DNA of 64,000 bases. It comes from Malacoraja senta (lineage: Eukaryota). The stretch covers positions 14,942,001 through 15,006,000 of the forward strand of contig CM075982.1 in assembly GCA_038087875.1 (NCBI GenBank), in the 5' to 3' direction. The notes below the pieces were generated by a model. That model searched no databases. It was not told where the DNA came from and worked only from the letters and a program-made list of their open reading frames with translations. The position numbers and the translations under genes are program-made. Below are positions 26,616-39,400 of the stretch, piece after piece. Position 1 is the first letter of the stretch; every line of letters begins with the position of its first letter.

Positions 26616-27899
26616 ATCCGTCATCGAGTGGTGCCGCACGCGGCAGCCTCGCCAGCAGTTTGTCTGTCCTTTCACCCTTTTTGTTATTTGTAGTCTTTTT
26701 TATGTGGGTGGGGGGGAAGAGGGGAAACCGTTTCCCAATCACTACCTGGTCGAGGATATGCGTCTTTTCTCCGAGTCGCATCTTCGCCCCCCTCCCCCCC
26801 CCCCAGCGGCCTACCAACTGGATTGGCGCGGCCTTTCCTGCCAGAGATCGGCCAGAGCTTCAGCAGCGGCACAGCACGGAATTACCATTGCGGAGTGGGA
26901 CGATGCCTTGCCGGGGATTGCCTGTGTTGAGGCTCCGGAGTGTTGGGCCTGCTGCTTTAACATCGTGGAGCTGTGCTTTGCGGAGCTTCCAGCTGCGGGC
27001 GGCGCTGACTTTAACATCGCGGAGGCCTGGGATCCTTTGCCGTGGGTCGCCAGACACGCAAGCGCGCTCGCGCACACACGTGTAGCTTCGGCCGTGGGCC
27101 CTTTGGACGGTAACATCGGGAGCTGACCTGGATGGTGACCGACTCCGAACTCCAGCAACAGCAGCTTCATCCGCCCCGAATCGTGGTGCTTCAATCGGCC
27201 CATTCGCGGGGCCTTTCGTCGCCTGGCGGGGGCTTCACAATCAGGAGCCTTGATCGCCTCGACGCAGCAATTTGATCGCGGGGCGGTGGAAGATCCTGCG
27301 ACCGATTTTAAGCTGCGCTGGTCCGGGCGATGAAAAGCCCTGTGAACAGGCTGATTCAACTCCGCTCTATGATCTTTGCTCCACCAGGACGTCTCTTCCA
27401 ATCACCGTGCTCGATCCTCAGTCCCACCCCCCTACTTCCGCCTCTGACCGACACCTCCCTCCTCCAATCATCGCGCTGAATCATCACGGCCCCCCCCCCA
27501 ATGCCTGCTGACCGACGTCTCGTCCAATCGGCACCCTCCCTCGATCATCAGTCCCACCCCCACTGTCGCGGAAAGCGGAGATTTTTAATAGTTTTTTTTC
27601 ACAGAATTTTAAAATCTGGATTACAAAACATGGGGGGGATCGTCCCTCACCTCTCAACCCCCCCCCCCCTCTCCCCCCCCGGCAATTCTGCCCATGGCAT
27701 AAAGGCCCCGACCATGGGTGAACAATGAGGAAGCTTATGAGGGAAGGTAATAGTGGGAAACGTTGATTCCGCAGTGTGGGAATGTTCATGTTAAATTCTA
27801 TAGTGTATTGTGTTCTTTTTATATTCGTATGGTAATTCAAATCTCACTGTACCAATTGGTGAATGTGACAATAGATGTAACTTGACTTAACTTGACTTG
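26616..27899 (+). mobile_element. GC-rich non-autonomous retroposon with a (CTTGA)-like tandem tail
   Basis: Absent from paralogous sites at ~42917 and ~58887 (gcagcag-gttata-ttagaaaa). Confidence 0.82.
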
Positions 27900-28858
27900 T
27901 TAGAAAACATCAAGAAGTTTACACCTAATATCGCATTGGCTTTATTAATTCAAGTTGAGTTTGCTTTGGATTTCCCATCTTTGATTTCAATGATTGGCCT
28001 GGTTAGCAAATTCATGATGATAATGACAATTTTGTCCATCTTTCAGCCATGTTTCATGAACAACCACCACACCAGTTTCACATGTCTATCTGTGCTCCTG
28101 TTCATTGACTTTATTTTCTCACGGATTGAACTGACGTCTAAACCATTGCAATGTTTGGTAACACTGATCTTTCAGCTTTCCTCTGTCTTCCTGATGCATT
28201 AATGTAGCTTTGTTTTTTCTTTCTGTGTCTTGTTTCAAGTCCCCCTTCTGAAACCGTCAGGTTCCCATTCTCGCAGTAAGTTTAAATCCACCTCCTGTGC
28301 ACTGGCAAGGACTCTGGTGTGATTTTTTTTTTTAGACGACCCGCCTTTTTGAGTCCTTATTTTCACTCTGCCATTTTTCACTCTCTCTCTCTTTTCCTTC
28401 CTTCCAGTTCTCATACTTAAGTGAATGGATGGTCAACAACTGTGTTAGATTCAATATTTTTATTTGTATAGATAGATACATTCATGGGAGCAAGATATGA
28501 CAAAGCTAAATATTTGTTGCTGAAAAGTTTCAAATGCCTTAAATGCTTATTTCAGAGACATTTTTAGGGAAGCATAATACGATCATTCACTTTTGAACTT
28601 AGCTAAAAACAACGGCAAACATTTGTAGCCTATAAATTAGTAAAATAAAGGCCTGCTAGTCTGTTTTTGACATTAGTTACAGAATGATGCTGTCCATTCC
28701 TCTGCCTGATCCATGGCATTAGTAATGGTGAGCCTGAACCATTGGACAGGTCATCTAGCCTAAAGTTTAACATTTGAGTAGAAGTGCAAATGAAAACACA
28801 GATAATACTGCACAAAATGCATTATTTTGAGTTAACACTGGCCTAATAACAGCATATT

Positions 28859-29884
28859 CTAAATCTTTGGAACAATGGTTACACTTGACTCACTATTGAA
28901 TTGGGTGCTGCTGGCAGCTATTGGCAGCTTGTTACAACAGGCCACACCTTTGATGGCATTAATGAGCTTTGAACGATATTTGGTGCCAGCGTAAAAATAC
29001 ACAAAAGGATCCAGAACATTATTGGCGTAAAGGGCAAGAACCAAACAGTAGTAAACCACTCCGATTTGTTGGTAATTTTTGCAGCTCTTGACACTCACAA
29101 CGGACGCAATTAAACGCGTTACATTTAAAGGAAGAAAGCATATTACAAAGATGCACAATATCACCATCATTATCCTGACAGCATGTCGGCCTTTTTCTGA
29201 ATGAGCAGTTAATGTCAAATTGGCCAATTTCCTTTGAATAAGTAAAGTTGACACCAGCAAGGATATAAATGGAATTCCAAAGCTCAGAATAAAAAATACG
29301 ATAGTGACAGAGAGCAAATCTTCCTCTATATTTGGTTGATTGACGCTCATACAATGTATTTTTCCATTCAATTCAAAAACATTCATTTAAAAAAAAGACG
29401 GAAATGCGAATAAACCAGCTAACAACCAGATCAAGACACAAATGACAATGGTACATTTCTTTGTAACCCTGCTTTGCGAGTGGATTGGCTTGATGATCAT
29501 GTAACATCGATAATTGCTGATGCATGTCAGGAAGAAGACACTTGCCAACACGGTGCAATACATCATGAATGTTTGGAGTTTGCACACAAAGTTTCCAAAT
29601 ATCCAATAATTGCTGTTGCTGTGGTAAATTATTACGAGAGGATAGGTGAGTGTGAAAAGCAAGTCGCCCATGCACAGATTCAACATCAAAATGTCAATTG
29701 GGGTCTTTTTCTTCACGTGCGAGCAAAATATCCATAGGGCCAGACTGTTGAAGCTTGCAGCTAAAATGAAGAAGATTGTAAGGGTCGGAGGCATCATTCT
29801 TGTGAGGAACTGTTCATCCAGCAAACATGTTCTATTCATTGTGGCTATGATTGATGAATTGCCTGTTTCTTCAGTAGGAGCCAT
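28859..29884 (-). pseudogene. P2Y-like GPCR copy A1, full length (342 codons) but with an in-frame TAA at codon 166 (29387-29389)
   Basis: ORFs 29387..29884 and 28859..29386 abut in the same frame; the two intact paralogues have AGA (Arg) at this codon. Confidence 0.85.
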
Positions 29885-30331
29885 CTATGACAAAGAATAA
29901 GAACCAATATAATTTAAATTGACCAACCCTTCTCTAGCATTGCGTGACTTTTTGGTGATGAGCAAACAGTGCTGTAGAACATTGGATAATGGCTGCAGAC
30001 CTGCTTTACTATAATACTTTGCACTTGGTCTGTTTCACACTGGCTTTAGTGGAGCTTCATCAGTTAATAAAATGAGACAAAGCCATTAAAGTGTGTTTTT
30101 GAATTCATTCCTGTAAATTTAAAGCTGTGATGGTCCCACTGATAAGTCTCGGACTCAAAGACTTCTGTACATTGTGTCCTCTTCCATTTTGTTCACTGCC
30201 ATCCCATTGTCCAATCCCCACCCCACGCACACACCTGCTTCCTATCACTCATAGCCTATCCCCTGAATCTCCACCCCTCTGCGTTTGATTTTGGTTGGGA
30301 CTTAGCAAATTTCTTTTGAAAAATGAAGTAC

Positions 30332-30710
30332 AGAGTGGCGCAGCTGAGAGAGCTGCTGTCTTACAGCACCAGAGACCCAGGTTCGATCCTGACCATGGGT
30401 GCTGTTTGTGTGAATTGTGCACGTTCTTCTTGAGACCACATGGGTTTGCTCCAAGTGCTATAGTTCCCCCCCCCCCCCACGTCCCAAAGACATGCTGATT
30501 AATTTGGTTAAGGTTAATTGGCCTCTGTAAATTGTGCCCTAAATCATAAGGTTATAAGGTCATATGATAGGAGAAGAATTAGGCCATTCAGCCCATCAAG
30601 TCTACTCTGCCATCCTCAGATATGGTGCCCAAAATTGCTCATGTGTAGGGAATGGATGCGAAAGTTGGATAACATAGAACTAGTGCGATCGGGTGATTGA
30701 TGGTCGGCGT
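30332..30710 (+). mobile_element. tRNA-derived SINE with a short nested CR1-tail fragment, upstream of GPCR A1 (paralogues ~45367-45740 and ~61330-61705)
   Basis: gtggcgcagctg A-box-like and ggttcgatcc B-box; body similar to 6030-6331. Confidence 0.72.
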
Positions 30711-30711
30711 G

Positions 30712-30817
30712 GCATCTCTGAAGATCATGGATAGGTGACGTTTCAGATCAGGACACTTCAACAGACTGACGAAGGGTCACAACCTGAAACATCACCTATC
30801 CATGTTCTCCAGAGATG
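30712..30817. repeat. Inverted repeat of two head-to-head Penelope-like termini (paralogues ~45740, ~50283, ~61706)
   Basis: catggataggtgacgtttcag ... ctgaaacatcacctatccatg. Confidence 0.7.
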
Positions 30818-32037
30818 ATGCATGACCTGCTGAGTTACTCCAACAGTTTGTGTCTTTCTTTGTAAACCAGCAGCTGCAGTTCCTTGCTTCTCCAGCACTT
30901 AATTAGAACGTATGGCTTTGACAAAAAGCCACCACAGTCACATGTCTGCCACCATAGTCCCCTAAGCGGAAACTTGCATTCTGAGCTCTGCCACACCAGG
31001 TATAGAGAGAAAACAATTCACAAATATTCTTAAAGAGCATCGTAACATCCCCACCAACTAATGGTTATTCCTGGCCATAAGTAGCTGAAAATAACAAGGG
31101 AGCATTCATGATATCATTGAGAACCAGCAGGAAGATCCTGACAATATGGTACTTGGACTCCCAAAGCTGAACTTTATTTTGAACTCTGTTATGGGAGATC
31201 ACTAGGTGGAAAAAGAAACCGAGCAAAGCCTCTTCATAAATAATGAAACATTGTGACTGATTCTGGCCTCTGAGCGCTTAAGATTCTCTGGCCTGTTTGC
31301 TCTTAAAATGGAGGATTGTGATATGTTGAGAGCCTGGGGCCATTCAGGGGAAGTGCACAAACTGCCGCATGAATGATGGAAGGATTGTACCAATCTCCTG
31401 AGCGCCAAACCACCCACCCTGACCCCCACCTCCCCAACCCCATCTCACATTCTTGCCTCAGTTGAGACAGTTTGCCAGTCCCTCACTGGCCCCATCAGTC
31501 ACTCTTGAACACAGCAAAGCAGAGTGGAAGCAGTCGTTGTCTTCCCCCAAGCTACTGCTAACGGAAAAAAATAATGTTCCCTACGATAGATTTTTAATAA
31601 CTATTTTTCTGTTTTACAAACATGAGGATGTTAGCGGGTTCAGAAGGTTTGATGAGAAGGAAGGGATGGATAAGCATGTTCTTTTTTCCCTGGTGTGCAT
31701 GAGACTGAGAGGTCTGTAATAATCTCGAGGGGGATAGTAGATAAGTTGAATAGTCACGGTCTTTTGGGGAGTTTAAAAGTAGACGGCACAGATTGAAGGT
31801 GAGAGGGGGGAAGATTTTAAAAAGACCTGAGTGGCAATTTTTCACTCAGAGGGTGGTGAAGCGAACTGCCAGGAAAAGGGGTATTATGATCATTAAAACA
31901 CGAGACACAAGAGAATGCAGATGATGGAATCTTGAGCAAATAACAAGCTGATGGATGAACTCAGGTCTGTCAGCTTCTATGCGGGGAAATGGACATATGC
32001 GGGGAAATGGAAATGCTTCTATGCGGGGAAATGGAAA

Positions 32038-32999
32038 TCGAGGAGGAGCCGCCATCTTGGAGGAACGGCTGCTAAACAGCAGCCGTCCGTCAAATTCACT
32101 TTTTCTTTAGTTTTAGCTTTTTTTATTTCTTTGTTTGTTTGGGGAATTTTGACTTTTAATGTGGGGGGGTAAGGGAGAAACTATTTCTGGGTCCCTACCT
32201 GGTCGGTGAGGCAGCTTTTTCTCCAGGCTACCTCGTCGACCCGTCCTCGTGGCCTACCAGCGGGCATGGAGTGCCATTTCCTGACGGGGACCGCCCAGCA
32301 CCTTCAGCTTCGGTCGGCGGCACAGCGCTGGAGCGCTATCGTGAAGCGGAGCGGGCGATGCCTTGCCTGGGTCGCCGCGCTGGATCGACGCGCTGGAGCT
32401 CCGGTATGCGGTGACCGCCGACATCAACACCTCCGGGCTGCGGGACTGCGGAGCGACCAGCCGCGGGCGGCGGCGCCGACTTTTACTTCAGGAGCCTCAT
32501 GGCTCCAAACCGGCGCGGCCCTGTCGGCTTCAGGTGCCATCGACTGCTGGGAAACCGGCCGTTCCAGCCGCTGCGAGGACTCTCCCGACGGCCGGGACCA
32601 TCGGGCCTCCGTAGAGGCAACTGTGGCGGCCTCGATGGGCCTGACTCTGGGGAGAACTGGGGTTGGGGACTGGACATTGTGCCTTCCCCCACAGTGGTGG
32701 TCATTGTGGGGGGATGATTTTTGTGTGCTGTGCCTGTTAGTCTGTGTGCAAGATGGCGGTCGGAGGGGAGAGTGGACGCTAGCGCGAATTGGCTGCCGCT
32801 GCTCTCTCCTCAAATTGTGTTTCTTATTTTCTTTTTGTGCTTTTGTACTTGAATTCTGTCCTTGATTTGTGTACTGTGTGTTGTTATATTTAATTTACTC
32901 CGATTATGTGTTTTGTATTTCTGTGATTCTATGCCTTGTAAGGTGTCCTTGGGTTTTAGAAAGGCGCCAGTAATTAAAATGAATTATTATTATTATTAT
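32038..32999 (+). mobile_element. GC-rich non-autonomous retroposon with an L2-type (TAT)n tail
   Basis: Absent from the paralogous sites (ggggaaatggacataatgac at ~35590, 46623, 50950, 62590); tail resembles 25790-25840. Confidence 0.8.
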
Positions 33000-33769
33000 A
33001 ATGACATTCCTGGTTGGGACCTTCTCCAGTTACGTAAAAGACACTTGGATGGGTGCAAGGATAGGAACATTTTGGCGGGATATGGGTCAGGCGCAGGTAA
33101 GTGGGACTACTCAGTTAGGCAACTTGGTTGGTATGCACGGGTTGGGCCAAAGCACCTGTTTTCATGCTGTATACATCTATGACCCTACTCAATAAGTGAT
33201 CTGAATTTTAGAAATGGAGATGATTGCTTACGCTGCTTTGTCGTCCCAGTGCAGCAGCGACAGTGCTCAGCAAGAATATCTATTGAAACTTGTTTCACAA
33301 CACTTCCTATGTGGATGATGAAACTTAAGGAGGCCCAAAATTGGGAAGAAAATTCAACATCCTGCATGTCTGAAAGTTACCAAATGTTTTGTTTTTAAAT
33401 CAGGAAAGGAGGTAACTGTCAAGTTACTGAAAGACGAAAGGAAAGATGATTTCATAAATAGTTTGATTTGTTTGTCAATTCTGCTTTTACAGTAAGTTAA
33501 GAAGTTAATCCACACTCAAAATTTTTAAAAACCTGATTGAACTTGTTATTTCACAGCCTTGTGTACAGGTATGGCTGTGTCACACTTATGCCACTGAGCT
33601 AGTAAACGTAGATCCTGCAATAATACAGAAAACTAATTTCAATACTTGTATGTTTGAAATTTTACATTCACTTGCAATAAATAATGCTCATTTGTAAAAG
33701 TGATCACAAAGCAGAGAAGTTTACATTCTCATGTGTAGGAAGTAATTGCAGATGCTGGTTTACACCAAG

Positions 33770-33906
33770 ATAGACACAAAATGCTAGAGTTATTCAGTGA
33801 GACTGGCAACATCTCTGGATAGAGGTTTACACAAATGATAGACACAAATGTCTTATCCAGAGATGTTGCCTGTCCCATTGAGTTACTCCAGCATTTTGTG
33901 TCTATG
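33770..33906. repeat. Palindromic (hairpin) repeat element; paralogues at ~40070, ~47550, ~55020, ~63560
   Basis: atagacacaaaatgct...catctctggata / tatccagagatg...agcattttgtgtctat. Confidence 0.7.
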
Positions 33907-35038
33907 TTCAGCTTACATTCTCAGTTGGGTTCATAAATGTCCTTTGGCAAAGGAGATTGGCTTTGATTCATTTGTCGCCGAATGGTTGACCTGGTTTGAC
34001 TTCAGTGACTCTAGTCCCAAAATGGCAGACTGCGACGACCTTCGTAAACGACCTTTCATACTTGAGCAACTTGGGGATGCGCAACATTTTCCTGCCATGG
34101 TCACCTGCAAACTGAGTTGATGTTTGGGAGGTGTCAGATTAGAATGTTGCTGCAAATGTTCAGGCAGATGATACAAGAGAAAATGTGGCAACACCATTGG
34201 ATTATTGGATCATGGAATAAGAGGGATGGTAAATGACTGAAGACTTGTAGTAAATACCGTACACTGAGGTATAGAGACCTTGAAATCTGTTGGCAAACAA
34301 AATGTATAAAGCTTGAGAATTAAGAATGCAAAAAGACTTGATAAAGACAGGTGTGAAGTATCAGCGAGGTCCTATTTGCTACGTTGCATAGACCATAAAC
34401 TATTGAGGAAGAGTTTTTTAAATTCATTCTAGGATGTGGAAATCCACCTCCTGTGCACTGGCAAGGTCTCTGGTGTGATTTTTTTTAAACCACTGTCTTT
34501 TTGAGTCCTTATCTGACTTTGCCATTTTTCTCTCTCTCTCTCTTCCTTCCTTCCAGTTTTCATACTTAAGTGAATGGATGTTCAACAACTGTCTTGGATT
34601 CAATATTTTTATTTGTATATATAGATACATTCATGGGTACAACGATAAAAGAGCATCAGGATATGACAAAGCAAAACAATTTGCTGAAAAGTTTCAAGTG
34701 CCTTAAATGCTTATTTCAGAGACATATTTAGGGAAGCATCACATAATCATTCACTTTTGAACTTAGCTAAAAACAACGGCAAGCATTTGTCGGCATTAAA
34801 TTAGTAAAAGACTGGCCCATTATTCTGTTTTTGACTAGTTAAAGAATGATGCTGTCCATCCCTCTGTGCCTGATCCATGGCATCAGTAATGGTGAGCCTG
34901 ACCATTGCACAGGTCATCTAGCAAGCCTAAAGTGTGACATTTGACTTGAAGTGCAAATTAATACACAGATATTACTGCATAAAATGCATTATTTTGAGTT
35001 AACATTGGCTGAATAACAGCATTTTCTAAATCTTTGGA

Positions 35039-35420
35039 TCAAAGGTCACACTTTTGATTCACTGTTGGATTGGGTGCTGCTGGCAGCTTGTTACAAAATG
35101 CCAAACCTTTGATGGCATTAATGAGCTTTGAACGATATTTGGTGCCAGCGTAAAAATACACAAAAGGATCCAGAAAACTATTGGCATAAAGGGCAAGAAC
35201 GCAACAGTAGTAAACCACTCCAATTTGTTGGTGATTTTTGCATCTCTTGACACTCACAACGGACACAATTAAACGTGTTACATTTATAGGAAGAAAGCAT
35301 ATTACAAAGATGGACAATATCACCATCATCATCTTGACAGTATGTCGGCATTTTTCTGAATGAGCAGTTAATGTCAAATTGGCCAATTTTCCTTTCAATA
35401 AGTAAAGTTGACACCAGCAA
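35039..35420 (-). pseudogene. P2Y-like GPCR copy B1, 3' fragment only (end of TM5 to stop), with a +1 frameshift near 35390
   Basis: Near-identical to 48816-49197; the 5' two-thirds are replaced by a rearrangement junction at ~35421. Confidence 0.92.
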
Positions 35421-36424
35421 CTTTATGTCCATCCCCTCCTTCTCATCAAACCTTCTGAACCCGCTAACATCCTCATGTTTGTAACGGAAAAAAATAATGT
35501 TCACTACGATAGATTTTTAATAAGTATTTCTGTTTTTAATCACTATTTCTGAACTCGGGTCAGTCAGCTTCTATGCGGGGAAATGGACATAATGACATTC
35601 CTGGTTGGGACCCTTCTCCAGTTACGTAAAAGACACTTAGATAGGTACATGGAATGGAAAGTTTTGGAGGGATATGGGTCAGGTGCAGGTAACTGGGACT
35701 ACTCAGTTAGGCAACCTGGTCGGTATGCACGGGTTGGGCCAAAGCGCCTGTTTTCATGCTGTATACCTCTATGACCCTACTCATTGGGCTGGGAGATTGC
35801 AACCTTCACGTGATACGCCCTGTTTCAACGAATACAATCAATCTGGCGTGCACAATCAAATAAGTTCAAATAGAACAAGTTGTCCTACAACTTTAAGCTG
35901 TGCACGCCATACGCAAGAAGAAGTCCCTACTCATTAAGTGATCAGAAGTTTAGAAAAGGAGATGATTGCTTTCCAGTCTGCCTTGACGTCCCAGTGCAGC
36001 AGCGACAGTGCTCAGCAAGAATATCTATTGAAACTCGTTTCACAACTCTTACTATTCCTTATGTAGATGATGAAACTTAGGGAGGCCCAAAACTGGGAAT
36101 ATAATTCAACATCCTGCATGTCTGAAAGTTACCAAATGTTTTGTTTTTTAATCAGGAAATGAGCTAACTGTCATGTTACTGAATGACGAAAGGAAAGATG
36201 ATTTCATAAATAATTTGATTGTTTGTCAATTCTGCGTTTCCAGTAAGTTCAGAAGTTATTCCATACTGAGCATTGAACTTGTTATTTCACAGCCTTGTGT
36301 ACAGGTATGGCTGTGTCACACATACCACTGAGCTACTAAACTTGGAGCCTGCAATAATACAGAAAACAAATTTCAATACTTGTATGTTTGAAGTTTTACA
36401 TTCATTTCCAATAAATAATGGTCA

Positions 36425-39400
36425 TGAAGCGAAATCATATTTTTTTATTCGCAAAACAAACAGAAACCCGTGACAACTGCGTGCCTATTCGAGCTTAAGC
36501 ACACAGCTCCTGTCGCTGGGAGGAGTGTTGATAACTAAAACTCCGCGAACGAACCACGGCGGTCACGTGACCGTGCCGACCAAAGATGAGGGTTCTGCCT
36601 TCCCAGCCCCACCACTAGTTGGCGCTACCGGACCCCGCCCAGAACCAGAGGAAAGGAAATGAGCAGGAGTCCGAATCAGGCGGCCAGACCGAGTGGAGAT
36701 AGGCATAACAGGTGCAACCGGTGAAAGTGGGTCGGCCAGTGGACGACCTCTACGCCGGGGTTGGGCTGCCCCCGAGCCGCAGGAAGGAAATCACCGGGTA
36801 CTTTCAGAGGGGAGCCATGAACCAGTTCAGCAGATGAGGTGTCCAAATCCACCTAAGGTGCCATTCGGATCCCCAGCAACACCCAAGGTAACACATCCAC
36901 CCAATCAGGGCCCGTGAGCCACGCTTTCAACGAAGATTTCAGGTGCCGGTGAAACTGCTCGACCACCCTGTTGGCCTGAGGATGGTACACAGTTGTGTGA
37001 TGCAGCTGAGCGCCGTACAGCTGAGCCATGGCCGACCACAGGGCAGAGGTGAACTGAGCACCACGGTCTGAAGAGATGTCGGCGGGAACTCCAGAACGTG
37101 CTACCCAGTGGGCCGCGAGAGCCCGAGCACAAGTCGCGGAAGAGGTGTCAGGAAGCGTGATGGTCTCGGGCCACCGCGTGAAATGGTCCACAATCGTGAG
37201 CAGGTGGGTGACACCTCGGGACGGCAGCAGAGGACCCACCAGGTCGACATGAATGTACTCGAACCGGTGTTGACGGACAACGAAATCCTGGAGCGGCGCA
37301 CATACATGCCGCTGGATCTTGGACATCTGGCATGGAATGCAGGCCCTGTCCCAGGCCCCAACCTGCTTGCGGAGGCCATGCCAGATGAACTTGGCCGCCA
37401 CCAACGCAGTAGTCGCTCGGATGGAAGGTGCCGCTGTTGGCGAGCGGACCAGGGGTCGGACACCTTCGTGAGCACCCTCCAGGAAATACCGGAAGTGCCG
37501 AACTGCCAAATAGAGAGCCAGGAGCTCACGGTTGAAAGCACTGTAGTTCCACTCTGGGGGGCGCAGGCGTCGGCTGAAAAAAGCGAGCGGCTGCCAACGA
37601 CCATCAATAAACTGCTCGAGGACCCCCCCGACTGCAGTATCAGAAGCTTCGACAGTGAGGGCGGTGGGGACAGCAGCCCGCAGGTGCACGGGTATGGTGG
37701 CGTTAGCGAGCGCCTCAGTGGCCCCGCCAAAAGCGGCCGTGGTCTCCGCGTCCCACACTAGGTCCCGCTGCTTGCTGGCCAGACACTGGAACAAAGGCCA
37801 CATGACCCGGGCCTTCGCTGGCATAAAACGGTGATAGAAGTTGATCATCCTCACAAATTCCTGGAGCCCTTTAAAGTTGTGGGGCCGGGGAAACTCCCGA
37901 ATCGCCTCCACCTTGGCGGGGGTAACATGGAATCTAAACTAAACTGGCACCTGGCGGCATTAATGACGAAACCGTGGTCCCGGAGGTGCTGGAACAATGC
38001 TCCTGCCGGGAGCAGCCGGTGACCGGAATGTCACCCAGATAAATAAATACAAAGTCCAACCCCCGGCCAACCTTGTCCATAAGCCACTGAAAAGCATGCG
38101 CGGCATTCTTGAGGCCGTACGGCATCCTCAACCACTCAAACAGGCCGAACGGGGTAATGATGGCAGTCTTAAGCACATCACCGGGGTGGACGGGGATCTG
38201 GTGGCAACCACGCACCAGATCAACCTTGGAGAATATTTTAGCCCCGTCCAAATGGGCCGTGAAGTCCTGGATGTGCGGGACTGGGTAGTGGTCAGCGGTC
38301 GTGACGGTGTTAAGGCTGCGGTAGTCTCCACAACGCCTCCACCCGCTGGACGACTTGGGACTCATATGGAGTGGGGAAGCCCATGGGCTGCTGGAGCGCC
38401 GCACAATACCCATATCCTCCATCCGCTGAAACTCCTCCTTAGTCAAACGCAGCTTGTCGGGCGGGAGCCTGCGCGCCCGTGCGTGAACCGGAGGATGTGA
38501 TGGACGACACCATGCTTAGGGGCGGCCGAGTGAAACTGAGGGGTCAGGATCTCCGGGAACTCGGCCAGAATCGGATCGTACATGCTGTCTGCATCAGACA
38601 CCGACCCGTGATGCGGGCCGGAGGAAACCGCGGACCACGGTGACGCAAGCTGGAGGGACTCGGGATGAACGAGGCGCTGGCCCCGGACGTCAACCAGGAG
38701 AGAAAAGGCCCGTAAAAAAGCGGTGCCAAGCAATGGCTGGGAGACGTCCGCGATAGTAAACGGCCATGAGTAATGGCGAGAGTCGAGAACGAGAGGAAAG
38801 GTGCGAGTACCATACGTGCGTATGGGGCAGCCGTTGACGGGTGGGGCTCACTTACCAGAACGAGTATCAGCCCCGGACGGAGGTAAGTTGCTGAGTTCAG
38901 CGCCAGAGTCCACTAGAAATCGTAGCCCGGAATGGCGGTCCCAGACGTAGAGGCGATGTTTTTGGTCGACTGCGATAGCCTCTACTGGCGATCGGCTGAG
39001 GCATTTCCCAGACGCTCGCAGGGAGCACAGCATCGGTGGGCCTCCGCACCCTAACGTTGGTGGTAGTAACACCACTGGCGCTTGCTGTGATCCACGGCGG
39101 TCGGCTGCAGCGCGGCGCTGTCGTTCGATGGTGGCAGGGATCGCCGAGGCCGTTGCGGAGCAGCGGACTCCGGTTGATGGAAACACCATCCTGCTGCTTG
39201 GCGAGCCGCAGCTCCTCCGCAAGTTCGGCGAGCTGCAGGTGGTCGGCGAAGGAGCATCCGGCGCGGAGCAGGCGGATGTCATCGGGCATCTGCTCCAGGA
39301 AAGCCTGCTTCAACATGAGACAAGGCTGGTGGCCGTCCATGCGCGACAGCATCTCGCTCATTAACACCGACGGCTTACGATCGCCAAGGCCGTCCATGTG

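Noticed and set aside
32206-32865. 219-aa ORF (and the 166-196 aa ORFs at 26585-27401)
   Set aside because: Inside GC-rich inserts; low-complexity Ala/Arg/Gly-rich translation with no recognisable protein family.
37108-37761. Long + strand ORFs antisense to pol (also 52054-52608, 53751-54314)
   Set aside because: Antisense shadows of GC-rich coding sequence.
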